From: Vulcanimicrobiota bacterium
GTDB taxonomy: Bacteria > Vulcanimicrobiota > Vulcanimicrobiia > Vulcanimicrobiales > Vulcanimicrobiaceae
Assembly: GCA_963723445.1 (NCBI GenBank)
Contig: CAVRQP010000009.1
Coordinates: 24,623 to 88,622 of the forward strand
Length of the DNA stretch: 64,000 bases
Reading direction: 5' to 3'
Below, in pieces: positions 18,821 to 28,671 of this stretch; within the stretch, counting starts at the first letter, position 1, and every line of letters begins with the position of its first letter. The notes beneath the pieces are model-generated. The model did not search any database and had not been told where the DNA came from. It saw only the letters and a program-made list of their open reading frames with translations. The translations under genes and the position numbers were made by a program.

Positions 18821-19533
18821 CCGAGCGGAGGACTATTTGCGGCGCTTCGATCGGCTCGTCGTCGTTGCGCCGCACCCCGATGACGACGTGCTCGGATGCG
18901 GCGGTTCACTCGCGGCGGCGGCGGCGGCCGGTCTCGAAATCGCTGTCGTGTACGTGAGCGACGGCAGCCGCGTCGCATGCCGGTTCGGCCAAGTATCCGC
19001 CGGCGCGGTTGCGCGATCTCCGGGAACGTGAAGCGCGCGCCGCGCTGACCATCCTCGGCGTGACGTCGGAGCCGTGCTTCTTGCGCGTCGCCGACGGAAC
19101 GTCGGCGAGCCTAGCCGCCGATGCGGCCGACGCGATCGTCGCGGCGATCGTCGCGGCGATCGGCGAAGCGGCCCGGCCGCTCGTCATGGGCCCGTGGATT
19201 CGCGACCATCACACCGACCATCTCGCCGTCGCGGCGCTGGTGCGGCGCGCCTGTGCGCGACGGCCGGCGGCGGCCTTGCTCGAATACGCCGTTTGGCTCG
19301 ACGAACGCGGCAGCGACCAAGACCAGCCGCGCCTCGACGAAGCGATGCCGGTCGTGCTCGACATTCGAGAGCACCGGCCGGCCAAGGCGGCGGCGCTCGC
19401 GGCCCATCGCTCGCAGCTCGGCGGTCTCATCACCGATGCGACGACCTCGTTCGTGCTCCCGCCCGGGTTGGTGGCGTCCGTGGATCGGCAAAACGAGCGG
19501 TTTCTGAGCGTTCGGCCGCCGGCGCAGGGCTGA
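18743..19533 (+). CDS. PIG-L/LmbE-family deacetylase (frameshift near 18970; start uncertain)
   Basis: VVAPHPDDDVLGCGG, VYVSDG, R..EARAAL..LG, PW.RDHHTDH, K.AALAAHRSQ. Confidence 0.85.
18795..18817 (+). repeat. REP-like dispersed repeat copy GTTATCCTGAGCTCGTCGAAGGG
   Basis: Matches the reverse complement of 25005-25027 at 20 of 23 positions. Confidence 0.6.
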
Positions 19534-19562
19534 ACCGGTTTGTCCTTGGGAACAACCGCTGC

Positions 19563-20138
19563 GTGCCTTTGGAGTCGCTCGCGGCCGATTATTTCGAGCG
19601 TCTGTATGCTGCCGACGACGATCCGTGGTCGTTTGCGACGAGCCGGTACGAGCTCGACAAGTACGACGACACCCTCGCGGCGCTCGGGCCTCACTACGCG
19701 CGCGCGCTCGAAATCGGCTGCTCCATCGGCGTCCTGACCCAACGGCTCGCCGCACGCTGCGACGAGCTGCTGGCGATCGACGTCAGCGAGCGTGCCTTGT
19801 CGGCGGCGCGCGCGCGCTGCGCGGCGCTTCCGCACGTCGGTTTCGCGCGCGTTCGCGCACCCGGCGAATTTCCGGCTCGGCCCTTCAATCTGGTCGTCCT
19901 CTCCGAGGTTGCGTACTATTGGTCGGACGCCGACCTCGCGCTGGCTCGCGACCGCATCGCTGCGGCGCTGGAGCCCGTCGGCGACCTGCTGCTGGTGCAT
20001 TTCCTGCCGAAGGTCGACGACTACGTGCGAGACGGCGATGCGGTGCATCGCTATTTCTTGGCGGACGCACGCTTCGCGCGCGTGCACGGTCATCGTGCGG
20101 AGCGCTATCGGCTGGACCTCCTGCGGTTGCTGCCGTGA
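19563..20138 (+). CDS. NodS-like SAM-dependent methyltransferase
   Basis: YFERLYAADDDPWSFATSRYE..KY, ALEIGCSIGVLT, LVVLSEVAYYW, DGDAVH. Confidence 0.88.
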   Translation: MPLESLAADYFERLYAADDDPWSFATSRYELDKYDDTLAALGPHYARALEIGCSIGVLTQRLAARCDELLAIDVSERALSAARARCAALPHVGFARVRAPGEFPARPFNLVVLSEVAYYWSDADLALARDRIAAALEPVGDLLLVHFLPKVDDYVRDGDAVHRYFLADARFARVHGHRAERYRLDLLRLLP

Positions 20139-21376
20139 CGCCGGCGGGGCGGGGTTTTGCGGGCTTGCCGCCGGCACGCCCGCGCTGCATCGCGTCGATC
20201 GCGATGCCGGCGCGCGACGAGGCCGACCGGATCGGCAAAGCGGTCCGCGCGATCGTCGCGCAGCGCCGGCTCGACGGTGCCCCGCTCGATCCCGACGCGT
20301 ACGAGCTCCTCGTCCTGGCGAACGGCTGCTCCGACGACACGGCCGCCGTCGTCGAACGCTGTGCCGCGGAGGCGCCGCGCCATGCCGTCTACGTCGTGCG
20401 CGCCGGCGCGGATGCGCCCGAGAGCCGTCACGTCGGGGCGGCACGCCGGGCCGTGATGAACGCCGCGGCCGCGCGCATGCCCGACGGCGGGGACGTTCAC
20501 CGCGCGATTCTGACAACCGATGCCGATTCAGTCGTGGCGCCGGATTGGGTGGCGCAGAATCTTGCAGCGTTGCGAACGGTCGATGCGGTCGGCGGCCGCA
20601 TCGTTCCGGATCCGCTCGAGCGCGCCGCGCTTTCCGACGTCGTCCGGTCGGAGCTCGACGCGAAGACGGCGTACGAGTTCGCGATCGCGTGCCTGGAGGC
20701 AACGGTCGATCCGTTGCCCTACGATCCGTGGCCTCGCCACCGGCAGCGGTGCGGCCCGAGCCTGGCGCTGCGCTCGAGCACCTACGCCCTGGCGGGTGGG
20801 CTTCCACCGCACGAGCGCCTCGAAGATCTCGGCTTGTACCAAGCACTGCTGGCGGTCGATGCGCGCGTCCGTCACAGCATCCGCGTGCGCGTGGTGACGT
20901 CACTGCGCGTCGCGGCACGCGTGGAGGGCGGGTTCGGAAGCGAGGTGGCCGCGATGAACGCGGTCGCCGGCGCGGGCCGGACGACGCTGGTCGAACATCC
21001 CCGCACGACGTATGAGGCGATCGTGGCTCGCGCCGCCCTGCGCCGCTGGTGGCCGGCTCGCGACTCGACCGATCGTTGCGAGGTCATGGCGATCTTCGAC
21101 GTGGACGCCCGCTTCTTTCGCGAGCACGTTGCGGACGCTCCGACCTTCGGTCTCGCGCTCGCGGCGTCACAGTCGTTCGCCGCGCAGCGCGGACCGGCCC
21201 GGCGGCGTCCTCGAGGTCGCGATCGCGGAAGCACGCGCCGCGCTCGCAGCCTATTCGCTCGAAGCGCGCTCAAACGCGTCGATCCCCACGCGCGCGATGG
21301 CCAGGTCGGGCGCGGGCTGACGCAGATACATCCGCAGATCGCGAACCAGCGCGACGAACGGTTCGGGCGCCGATAA
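20135..21376 (+). CDS. Glycosyltransferase family 2 (3' end probably frameshifted, true end near 21320)
   Basis: MPARDEADRI, LANGCSDDT, HVGAARR, TTDADSVV, DPWPRH, EDLGLY, VVTSLR..ARVEGG. Confidence 0.85.
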   Translation: MTPAGRGFAGLPPARPRCIASIAMPARDEADRIGKAVRAIVAQRRLDGAPLDPDAYELLVLANGCSDDTAAVVERCAAEAPRHAVYVVRAGADAPESRHVGAARRAVMNAAAARMPDGGDVHRAILTTDADSVVAPDWVAQNLAALRTVDAVGGRIVPDPLERAALSDVVRSELDAKTAYEFAIACLEATVDPLPYDPWPRHRQRCGPSLALRSSTYALAGGLPPHERLEDLGLYQALLAVDARVRHSIRVRVVTSLRVAARVEGGFGSEVAAMNAVAGAGRTTLVEHPRTTYEAIVARAALRRWWPARDSTDRCEVMAIFDVDARFFREHVADAPTFGLALAASQSFAAQRGPARRRPRGRDRGSTRRARSLFARSALKRVDPHARDGQVGRGLTQIHPQIANQRDERFGRR

Positions 21377-22336
21377 GCCGCGCGCGCCGACGGCGCGTTC
21401 GACCCGTTCCAAGACGTCCAGCGCGGCGCGTTCCGTTGCATAGCGGGCGGCGTCGACGGTCGCTTGCAGCGCCCGTTCGCGCTCCGCGCTCGGGTCGGCA
21501 TCCCAGGCCGACCACGCCTCGGCGCACGCGCGCATCCACTGCGCCGACGTTTGCGCCGCGACGGTGCACTCGCCGAGCCGCGTCATCTGCACCGCATCGC
21601 CGCCGGTCGCCCGCCGCACCGCAAACGCGGCCAGCTCGTGAACGAGGCGCGCGATACCGCCGGCTTGCACGGCCACGAAGCGGGCCGCGCCCGCGCCGAA
21701 CCACGGCTGGCGATCGTAATCGCCCGCAGCGCCGATCGCCGCGTCGGCGTCGAGCCGCACGCCGGTGAAATCGACCGCGAAGCTGTCGGATTCGAGCATC
21801 CCCAACGGATCCCACGACGAGTGGTCGATGCGAACCGTCACGCGATCCATCGGAACGAGCAGCATCTGCGAGAGGCCGTTCGCGTCACGCGCCGTTATCA
21901 GCGCGCGCGTGACCGTTCCGGCGCCCGAGCAAAACGTCTTGCGACCGCCGAGCTCCAGCCATCCATCGCCCGCGGCGACGACGTGAACGCCGTCCGCCGG
22001 CGCCGTGTTCCAAACGCCGAACAGCGCGCCCGCCGCCGCTTCGTCGTTGGCCGTCACGCGCTGGCGTTCGGTACCGCACCGCGAAACCAAGGAGATCGCG
22101 TTGCCGTGTCCCTCGATGAGCCGTCCGAGCACGAGGTTGCGAAATCCGACGGCGCGCAGGTCGGCGAGCTCAGCCGCTCGCCCGGCGACCGGAACGCCGC
22201 GCTCGCCGGCCGCGGCGCGACCCAACAGACGCCGGTCCCCCAGCAGGTCCTCGACGGAACGATCGGCGAGGTCAAAACCTGAGGAGATCATCGACGACCG
22301 TGCTATGTGCCTTCGAGCGGCTCCTTCCTCTCGCAC
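21251..22336 (-). CDS. Acyl-CoA dehydrogenase-like protein
   Basis: GRLIEGH.NA, GVWN, GRKTFCSGAG, W.PLGM..S.S, VERAVGARG, RDLRMYLRQPAPD. Confidence 0.85.
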   Translation of the reverse strand: MREEGAARRHIARSSMISSGFDLADRSVEDLLGDRRLLGRAAAGERGVPVAGRAAELADLRAVGFRNLVLGRLIEGHGNAISLVSRCGTERQRVTANDEAAAGALFGVWNTAPADGVHVVAAGDGWLELGGRKTFCSGAGTVTRALITARDANGLSQMLLVPMDRVTVRIDHSSWDPLGMLESDSFAVDFTGVRLDADAAIGAAGDYDRQPWFGAGAARFVAVQAGGIARLVHELAAFAVRRATGGDAVQMTRLGECTVAAQTSAQWMRACAEAWSAWDADPSAERERALQATVDAARYATERAALDVLERVERAVGARGLSAPEPFVALVRDLRMYLRQPAPDLAIARVGIDAFERASSE

Positions 22337-22434
22337 GAAAGCGCGCCGGGGTGTTCGGCGTGCGCATATCTAATGGAGAACCGCTGCGAATGCGCGTGCG
22401 GCGCGAGCCCGAGAATCGTCGGACGGAGGACGGG

Positions 22435-23388
22435 ATGAAACAGCGGCCGCCGGGTTCGAACTGGGGCGACTACGGAATCGACGACCGTGTCGGTCGTCTC
22501 AACGAGCTGACGTCGGAGCGGGTCGTTCGCGCGGCCGCGGAGATTCGGACCGGGCAGCGGTTTTGCCTGAGCCTCCCGCTCGATTATCCCGGCGGGAACG
22601 TGGTGTTCCCGTTTCGCCATCCACCAGAACGAAAGGTCGTCGACCGAATGGGACGTCCTGCGATCGACTTTCCGTTCTCGGAGCAGCGCGAAGGCGCGAC
22701 GGGCGTCGTCAACGACGACATCGTCACGCTCTGGACGCAGTATTCGACGCAATGGGACGCGTTCGGCCACGTCGGGTCGCGGTTCGACGCGGACGGCGAC
22801 GGCGACCCGGAGGTCGTCTACTACAACGGGCACTATCCCGGCCCGGACGTCGACGGCATGGCGACCGCGGGGTTGCAGGGCCGCGGCGTTCTCGTCGACC
22901 TCCATCGCAGGTACGGGAACGCGAAGGTCGCCGTCGACCACGCCGCGCTGCTCGACGTCATGCGCGAGCAAGGCGTGGCGATCGAACCCGGAGATATCCT
23001 CACCTTCCGGACGGGTTGGGCGCAACTGCTGTTCGACATGGACGGCGCGCCGGACAAAGAGCTGCTGCGTAACGCCTGCGCGGGGCTGGACTCGAGCGAT
23101 CCGATCCTGCTGGAGTGGATCGCCGAGAGCGGTATCGCCGCGATCGTCGCCGACAACCTCGCGGTCGAGGCGTTCCCGCCGCAAGACGGCGGCGCGGGCA
23201 CGCCATACTTGCCGCTCCACGAGCTGTGTCTTTTCAAGCTCGGCATCAACTTGGGCGAGATGTGGTTTCTCACCGAGCTCGCCGACTGGCTGCACGCAAA
23301 CGAGCGCACGCGATTCTTTTTGACCGCGCCCCCGCTGCGCTTGCGCCGCCACGTCGGGTCGCCGGTCACGCCGATCGCCACGGTGTAA
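22435..23388 (+). CDS. Cyclase-family (kynurenine formamidase-like) protein
   Basis: GGAGGA RBS; SNWGDYG.DD..GRLN, QYSTQWDAFGHVG, GRGVLVD, ADNLAVE, GSPVTPIAT. Confidence 0.88.
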   Translation: MKQRPPGSNWGDYGIDDRVGRLNELTSERVVRAAAEIRTGQRFCLSLPLDYPGGNVVFPFRHPPERKVVDRMGRPAIDFPFSEQREGATGVVNDDIVTLWTQYSTQWDAFGHVGSRFDADGDGDPEVVYYNGHYPGPDVDGMATAGLQGRGVLVDLHRRYGNAKVAVDHAALLDVMREQGVAIEPGDILTFRTGWAQLLFDMDGAPDKELLRNACAGLDSSDPILLEWIAESGIAAIVADNLAVEAFPPQDGGAGTPYLPLHELCLFKLGINLGEMWFLTELADWLHANERTRFFLTAPPLRLRRHVGSPVTPIATV

Positions 23389-23397
23389 CGCCGGACG

Positions 23398-23770
23398 ATG
23401 AGTGCTGAGGCCGGCGATGCGCTCGAAGTGATCGTTCGTTTTTTGCGCTCGGTCGGGCTCGGCGGATCGACTCGTGAGCGCCGGCGACCTCCTCGACGCG
23501 CCAGTCAGGCGGAAGAGATGATGGCCGTTGCCTGGTCGTACGCGGCGGCGCTGCATCTCGAACTCGACCCCGCGCTCGTATTTCATGCCCACGGGTATGG
23601 CGGGAGGCGCGTGGATCGTCGAGGCCTTTGCGAAAGGCGGTAGATCGGCGTGCCGGGCCTCTGCTGGCTCGGACTCACTTCCCACAACAGCGGTGGCGAT
23701 GTCGTGCCGGGCGCCGTCTACCCGACGATGATCGCCTGGCTCAACGAGACCGAGAACGAACGGAGGTAGG
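23398..23770 (+). pseudogene. Eroded conserved hypothetical gene
   Basis: IVRFLRSVGL, EEMMAVAWSYAAALHLELDPALVFH..GY, GVPGLCWLG and YPTMIAWL lie in different frames, with the middle apparently deleted. Confidence 0.5.
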
Positions 23771-24361
23771 CTAGGCGCCGCAGGTCAGATCGATCCGGTA
23801 GTTCGGCGCGACCGTCTTCTGGCGCCACAGCTTGCCGCTACCATTAGGGTTGTAGTGGCGGTAGTTCGCGACGTCGAAGGTGATCAGCAGCTTGACCGGC
23901 GGATTGTTCGTTTGATCGAGCGCGTCACCGGACTTGAACGCCTGCGTGAACGTGAACTGCCCCGACGCCGGGAATTTGTGGTAGTCGAGCTTCTGCTCGA
24001 GCAGCGTACCCGAGGTCGTGCCGCCGGCGGACAGCGTGTCGCCGTTCTTGAGCGCGAGCACCAGATCTTGTTTGAGCGAGTCGTTGGGTGAGAGTCCGGC
24101 GATCGAGGTGCCGTTCGCCCACTGCATCGTGACGTCCCACGCATTGGGATCGCTCGACGTCGCCGGGACGAAGGCGACTTTGGTCACGCGAACGCGCCAC
24201 ATGCCGTCGAACATCCACTTGTTCATGCAGCCGCTCTGGGCGGTGACTTGCGTCGAGCCCCCTTCGTTGGTCGCCGCCTGGGCGGAACAGGGCAACGAGA
24301 ATAGCAGCGGCAGCATCGCCGCGACGAGCCGGATTTTGGCATGATGGCGAATGACGATCAC
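23771..24361 (-). CDS. Secreted hypothetical protein
   Basis: Signal-like N-terminus; GCMNKWMFDGMWRVRVT; beta-rich; terminal YRIDLTCG. Confidence 0.7.
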   Translation of the reverse strand: MIVIRHHAKIRLVAAMLPLLFSLPCSAQAATNEGGSTQVTAQSGCMNKWMFDGMWRVRVTKVAFVPATSSDPNAWDVTMQWANGTSIAGLSPNDSLKQDLVLALKNGDTLSAGGTTSGTLLEQKLDYHKFPASGQFTFTQAFKSGDALDQTNNPPVKLLITFDVANYRHYNPNGSGKLWRQKTVAPNYRIDLTCGA

Positions 24362-24482
24362 GTTCCTTTTTGCGGAATCGAGGGTCGTTCATGTTCCGGC
24401 CGAGCCCTCCGCCGCCTTCACGCGGCCGCCGGGGAGAACCGGGGCGCGCTGGAAGTCTCGACCCCGCGGCGAACTGGTCGTC

Positions 24483-24917
24483 ATGGCGACGAACCCCGTT
24501 CCGCGCCGCTGGACCGTCGTGGTCGACGGTATCCGTTGGCTGCCGCGAATGATCGACAAGGCGCGCATGCGAAGCGGCGGGCGGCTCGGGAGCTATCTGC
24601 TCGGGCACTCGCCGGTGGACCGCGCCTTTCTCGAGCGCGCCGGGATTTCAACGGAGGACTTCGCGCAGGTCGTGGGCGCGGTTGCCGGCGACGATGCCGT
24701 CCTGGCCGCGCTGCGCGCCCGCGCGGGTTGGAACGAGCCGCGCGTTCGCCGTTGGTCGGAGCGCTTTCCGACCACCTATCGTACGTACATCACGCTGTGG
24801 GATATCGACGAAGGCTACGTGCGTCCGAACGCCCTCCAAGCGTTCGGACTTGCCGCTTTTCGCCCGCTCGAAGGCGCCGTGATGGGATTGGTGCGGCGGG
24901 TCCGGCGCGCGCCGTAG
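24483..24917 (+). CDS. DUF5069-like protein
   Basis: PRRW...DGIRWLPRMIDKAR...G.LGSY, SP.D..FL...GI. Confidence 0.65.
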   Translation: MATNPVPRRWTVVVDGIRWLPRMIDKARMRSGGRLGSYLLGHSPVDRAFLERAGISTEDFAQVVGAVAGDDAVLAALRARAGWNEPRVRRWSERFPTTYRTYITLWDIDEGYVRPNALQAFGLAAFRPLEGAVMGLVRRVRRAP

Positions 24918-24985
24918 CTCGGGCGACGCGTTAGGGCGAACGCATGGCTCGTTGTGAGGTAGAGAGCTTCAGCTTGCGGGCCGGC

Positions 24986-26551
24986 TCAGCATGATAGGGA
25001 CACGCCCTTCGACAAGCTCAGGGTGACAGGGCGGTTGCGAGGGCGGTTCCGTTCGGGGAGCCCAGGCCGGTGCAGGGGTCCCAGCCCTTCTTGGCTTTGT
25101 ACGCTCCGTTCGAGCCCGACGTGACGTCGCGCAGTGCCGACGGTTGCGGCGTAGAGGGCCGGGTTCGCAAACCCCAGCGGTCTCGCGCGGCCTTCGTTGA
25201 GGCGGGCGATCAGGCCGGCCCACAGCGGCGCGACCGCGCTCGTTCCACCGAAAACCGCCTGCTCTCCATCGACGACGACGGCCCATCCCGTGTTGGGATC
25301 GGCATCGCCGGCGACGTCGGGTACGCCGCGTCCGACGTGCTTACCGGCGTTTGCCGACGGCGGGACCTGCGCGGCACTCTGCCACGACGGCAGCGCGAAC
25401 ACGTCGCTGATGCCTCCGCCGGTCGCGCCGCCGGACGTGCCGTCGTTCCACACCGTCTCGCTCGACAGCGTCGTCCCCGAAGCCTTTACGCTGGTTCCCC
25501 CGCATGCGATCACGTTCGGGCTCGAGGCGGGGAAGTCGACGTGCGCGAGCCCGTCGGTGACGCCGTCGCTCGAGCCGGAGTCGCCGGCGGCGACGGTCAC
25601 GGTTACGCCCAGCGCGCCGGCCTCGGCGAGCGCGTCGTCGTAGTTCGTCAGCGATTGGGCCGTCCAGGTCGACTCTGCACCACCCCAGCTGATCGAGACG
25701 ATCGTCGGGTGGTTGGTCGTGTCGTGAATCGCGGTCGTGATGGCGTCGAGAAACCCCTGGTCGGTGTTGGGCGCGAAGTACACGACGATCGTCGCCTCGG
25801 GCGCCAGCGCGCCCGCGATCTCGATGTCGAGCAACACCTCGCCGTCGGCGCTGTTCGCGTCGCCGACCGGAGCGTTCGTCGCACCGTCGACGCCGACGCT
25901 GATCACCGTCGGGGGCGTGGTGATGCCGAGGCCACCGAAGAACGTGGTGAGATCGGCCTCCGTGTAACCGCCGCCCAACTCGATCAGCGCGATCGTCTGG
26001 CCTTTGCCCGTGCCCGTTGGGAAAGCGTACAACTCCGCGATCTGCAGCGGGGTGAACGACGTCGCCGCGGCGGCGGCGCGCACCATGCGGAAGTGGGTGT
26101 GCGCTTGGACACGGTTGTCGAGCCCGTGCACGCCGCGCACGATCTCGGCCAGCGCCGCCGGTACCGTCAGCGTGCCGCTGCGGCCGCGGAACTGTTCGCC
26201 GTCCTGCTCGTAGACCTTGAGGTTCGCTCCGAACGCCTGCCCGATCGCCGCAGCCGGCCCGCTGACTTGGACGCTGCGGCGCGCGGCGTCGCTCGCAACG
26301 ACCGTCAAGCCGGAGGACGACGCGAACCGTTCGACGGCGGCGAGGTCGTCGGGCGCGGCGCCGTGGCGGCGCGCGAACTCCGCCCGCGAGAGCGGCGGCG
26401 TTGCGGTACCCGTCGCCTGCGGCAGCGGACTGCGCGGGCGGACGATGACGGTGACGCTGACGACAGCATCGGGAGCGACGTCTCCGACGACGACCGCGCC
26501 CGGCGGTTCGCTGCGCTCCGAACCCGGTACGGCGACACGATCTTGTGCCAT
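24986..26551 (-). CDS. S53 (sedolisin/kumamolisin) peptidase; 3' frameshift near 25130
   Basis: Pro-domain; EVLLDIE, SISWG, AAGDSG, DFPASSP, RGVPDVAG.ADP, GGTSAVAPLWAG; GWDPCTGLGSP in a shifted frame. Confidence 0.93.
   Translation of the reverse strand: MAQDRVAVPGSERSEPPGAVVVGDVAPDAVVSVTVIVRPRSPLPQATGTATPPLSRAEFARRHGAAPDDLAAVERFASSSGLTVVASDAARRSVQVSGPAAAIGQAFGANLKVYEQDGEQFRGRSGTLTVPAALAEIVRGVHGLDNRVQAHTHFRMVRAAAAATSFTPLQIAELYAFPTGTGKGQTIALIELGGGYTEADLTTFFGGLGITTPPTVISVGVDGATNAPVGDANSADGEVLLDIEIAGALAPEATIVVYFAPNTDQGFLDAITTAIHDTTNHPTIVSISWGGAESTWTAQSLTNYDDALAEAGALGVTVTVAAGDSGSSDGVTDGLAHVDFPASSPNVIACGGTSVKASGTTLSSETVWNDGTSGGATGGGISDVFALPSWQSAAQVPPSANAGKHVGRGVPDVAGDADPNTGWAVVVDGEQAVFGGTSAVAPLWAGLIARLNEGRARPLGFANPALYAATVGTARRHVGLERSVQSQEGLGPLHRPGLPERNRPRNRPVTLSLSKGVSLSC
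25005..25027 (-). repeat. REP-like dispersed repeat copy (GTCACCCTGAGCTTGTCGAAGGG on the minus strand), with a partial copy at 24984-24996
   Basis: Direct comparison with 18795-18817. Confidence 0.6.
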
Positions 26552-26715
26552 GCGTGCGACCTCGAATGTGCGGTTTGGATAGAGAGCGTATTATGGCATC
26601 GCGAAGCGGAGAAGGCAACGGCTTCCTCCGAACGATCGTGACCTTCGCCGGAATGACCCGGCCGCGTGGCGGCAGAACATCGGCGGTAAGCATCCGGCCG
26701 AAGGCAGGTAGATCC

Positions 26716-26868
26716 ATGACGATCAAGCCGCGGTACGTCGCGCTCATCATCGGTATCCTTCTCGTCGTTCTCATAGCGGTCACGACGTATCGGCATTCCA
26801 ACGCATCCCGAGCGGTGGTCGATCCGAATGCGCCTTCGTTCCCGCCCGGCACGGGCGACACGAAGTAG
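26716..26868 (+). CDS. Small single-TM protein (50 aa)
   Basis: MTIKPRYVALIIGILLVVLIAVTTYRH...; AGG upstream. Confidence 0.5.
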   Translation: MTIKPRYVALIIGILLVVLIAVTTYRHSNASRAVVDPNAPSFPPGTGDTK

Positions 26869-26874
26869 CCGCGC

Positions 26875-27640
26875 GTGAGCGAACTCGACGGGTTCGGTTG
26901 CGATCGTCACCGGCTCCTCGGATGGGATCGGCTTGGCCACGGCGCGCCGGCTCGCGGAGCTGGGTGCATCCGTCGTGATCAACTCGCGATCGCAGGAGCG
27001 CGCCGATGCCGTCGCGCGCTCGCTGACCGGCGATCGTCTGCGCGCGATTGCCGTCGGCGCCGATCTCGGTGCGCCGGCCGGGGTCGAACAGTTGATCGCC
27101 GCCGCCGTCGACGCCTACGGCACGGTCGACATCCTCGTGAACAACGCCGGCGTGCCGAGCGTCGTCCCCGCCGAGGAGCTGCGGCTCGAGGACTGGCGCG
27201 CCGTGCTCGACCTCAACCTCACCGCACCGTTCTTGTGCGCGCAGGCCGCGGGACGCATCATGCTGGCGAAAGGTAAAGGGGTCATCGTCAACGTCGGGTC
27301 GGTGTTCTCCAAGCTCGGGATGCCCGGCCGCGTCGCGTACAGCGCCAGCAAGCACGGATTGGACGGGCTCACCGCGACGCTGGGCGTCGAGTGGGGGCCG
27401 CGCGGCGTGCGCGTCGTGTCGGTCAACGCTGGATACACCGCGACGGCGCTGGTGGAACGCGCGATGTCGACGGGTCGCTTCAGCCAGCAGGATCTGTCGC
27501 GGCGCACGCCGCTCGGGCGGCTCGCGACGCCGGCCGAGATCGCGAACGTGATCGCCTTCGTGGTCTCCGCCGATGCGTCGTTCGTCAACGCGACGTCGAT
27601 CTACGTCGACGGCGGCTGGACCGGGTACGGCGGATGGTGA
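26875..27640 (+). CDS. SDR oxidoreductase (frameshift near 26893)
   Basis: VAIVTGSSDGIG, ILVNNAG, YSASKHG, TPLGR, VDGGW. Confidence 0.9.
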
Positions 27641-28671
27641 ACGTCCTCGATCCGTCCGGGACCCTCGCGCCGGGCGCGACGGCGCCGCTCGGCGACGACG
27701 ACGTGCTCGCCGCGCTGCATCTGATGAAGTTGAGCCGCGCGTTCGATGCCAAGGGGGCCAGCCTGCAGCGGCAGGGCCGTTTCGGAACGTTTTCGCAAGT
27801 GAGCGGTCAAGAGGCGTCCGTGGTCGGCTCCGCGTGCGCGCTCGATCCCGCGCGCGACTGGATCGTGCCGCAATATCGCGAACTGCCCGCGCTGCTCCGG
27901 CACGGCTACCCGCTCGCGAACTTCATCCGCTACTTCCAGGGGAATCCGGCCGGCGGCGTGATCCCCGACGGCGTAAACATCCTGCCGATCCAGATCTCGA
28001 TCGCCGCGCAGCTCCCGCATGCGGTCGGGCTCGCGTGGGGCCTGCAGCGACAGGCCAAGGACGCCGTCGTGCTGGTATATTTCGGCGACGGCGCGTCGAG
28101 CGAAGGAGACTTTCACGAGGCCTGCAACCTCGCCGGGCTGGTCGGCGCTCCGGTCGTCTTCTTCCTGCAGAACAACGGTTGGGCGATCTCGACGCCGCGC
28201 CGCAAGCAGAGCGCGGGCCGCACGCTGGCCGAACGCGCGCCGGCCTACGGTTTTCCCGGCGCGGTCGTCGACGGCAACGATCTCTTCGCCGTCTACGCCG
28301 AGACGGCGCGCGCGGTGTCGCGCGCGCGCGCCGGCGCGGGCCCAACGCTGATCGAGTCGGTCACCCGGCGCCTGGGGCCGCACAACACGGCCGACGATCC
28401 GACGCGTTACGTCGATCCCGGCGACGCGGATCTCTGGCGCGCACGCGATCCGATCGACCGCGTGGAACGCTATCTCGTGCAGCGCGGCGCGGAGCACGCC
28501 GCGCGCATCGCGGCGCTCGACGTCGACGTCGCCGGCGAGATCGAACGCGCGCTCGCGGAAGCCGATGGGAGCGAACCGGTCAACGCGGACCAACTGTTCG
28601 CGCACGTTTACGCCGAACCGCCGAAGCGCCTCGTCCGCCAGCGCGCCCAACGCGCGGAGCGCGATCGCTGA
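27634..28671 (+). CDS. pdhA: 2-oxoacid (pyruvate/branched-chain) dehydrogenase E1 alpha
   Basis: LQRQGR, GQEA, GDGASSEGDFHE..N, QNNGWAIS, GPHNTADDP.RY. Confidence 0.85.
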   Translation: MVNVLDPSGTLAPGATAPLGDDDVLAALHLMKLSRAFDAKGASLQRQGRFGTFSQVSGQEASVVGSACALDPARDWIVPQYRELPALLRHGYPLANFIRYFQGNPAGGVIPDGVNILPIQISIAAQLPHAVGLAWGLQRQAKDAVVLVYFGDGASSEGDFHEACNLAGLVGAPVVFFLQNNGWAISTPRRKQSAGRTLAERAPAYGFPGAVVDGNDLFAVYAETARAVSRARAGAGPTLIESVTRRLGPHNTADDPTRYVDPGDADLWRARDPIDRVERYLVQRGAEHAARIAALDVDVAGEIERALAEADGSEPVNADQLFAHVYAEPPKRLVRQRAQRAERDR

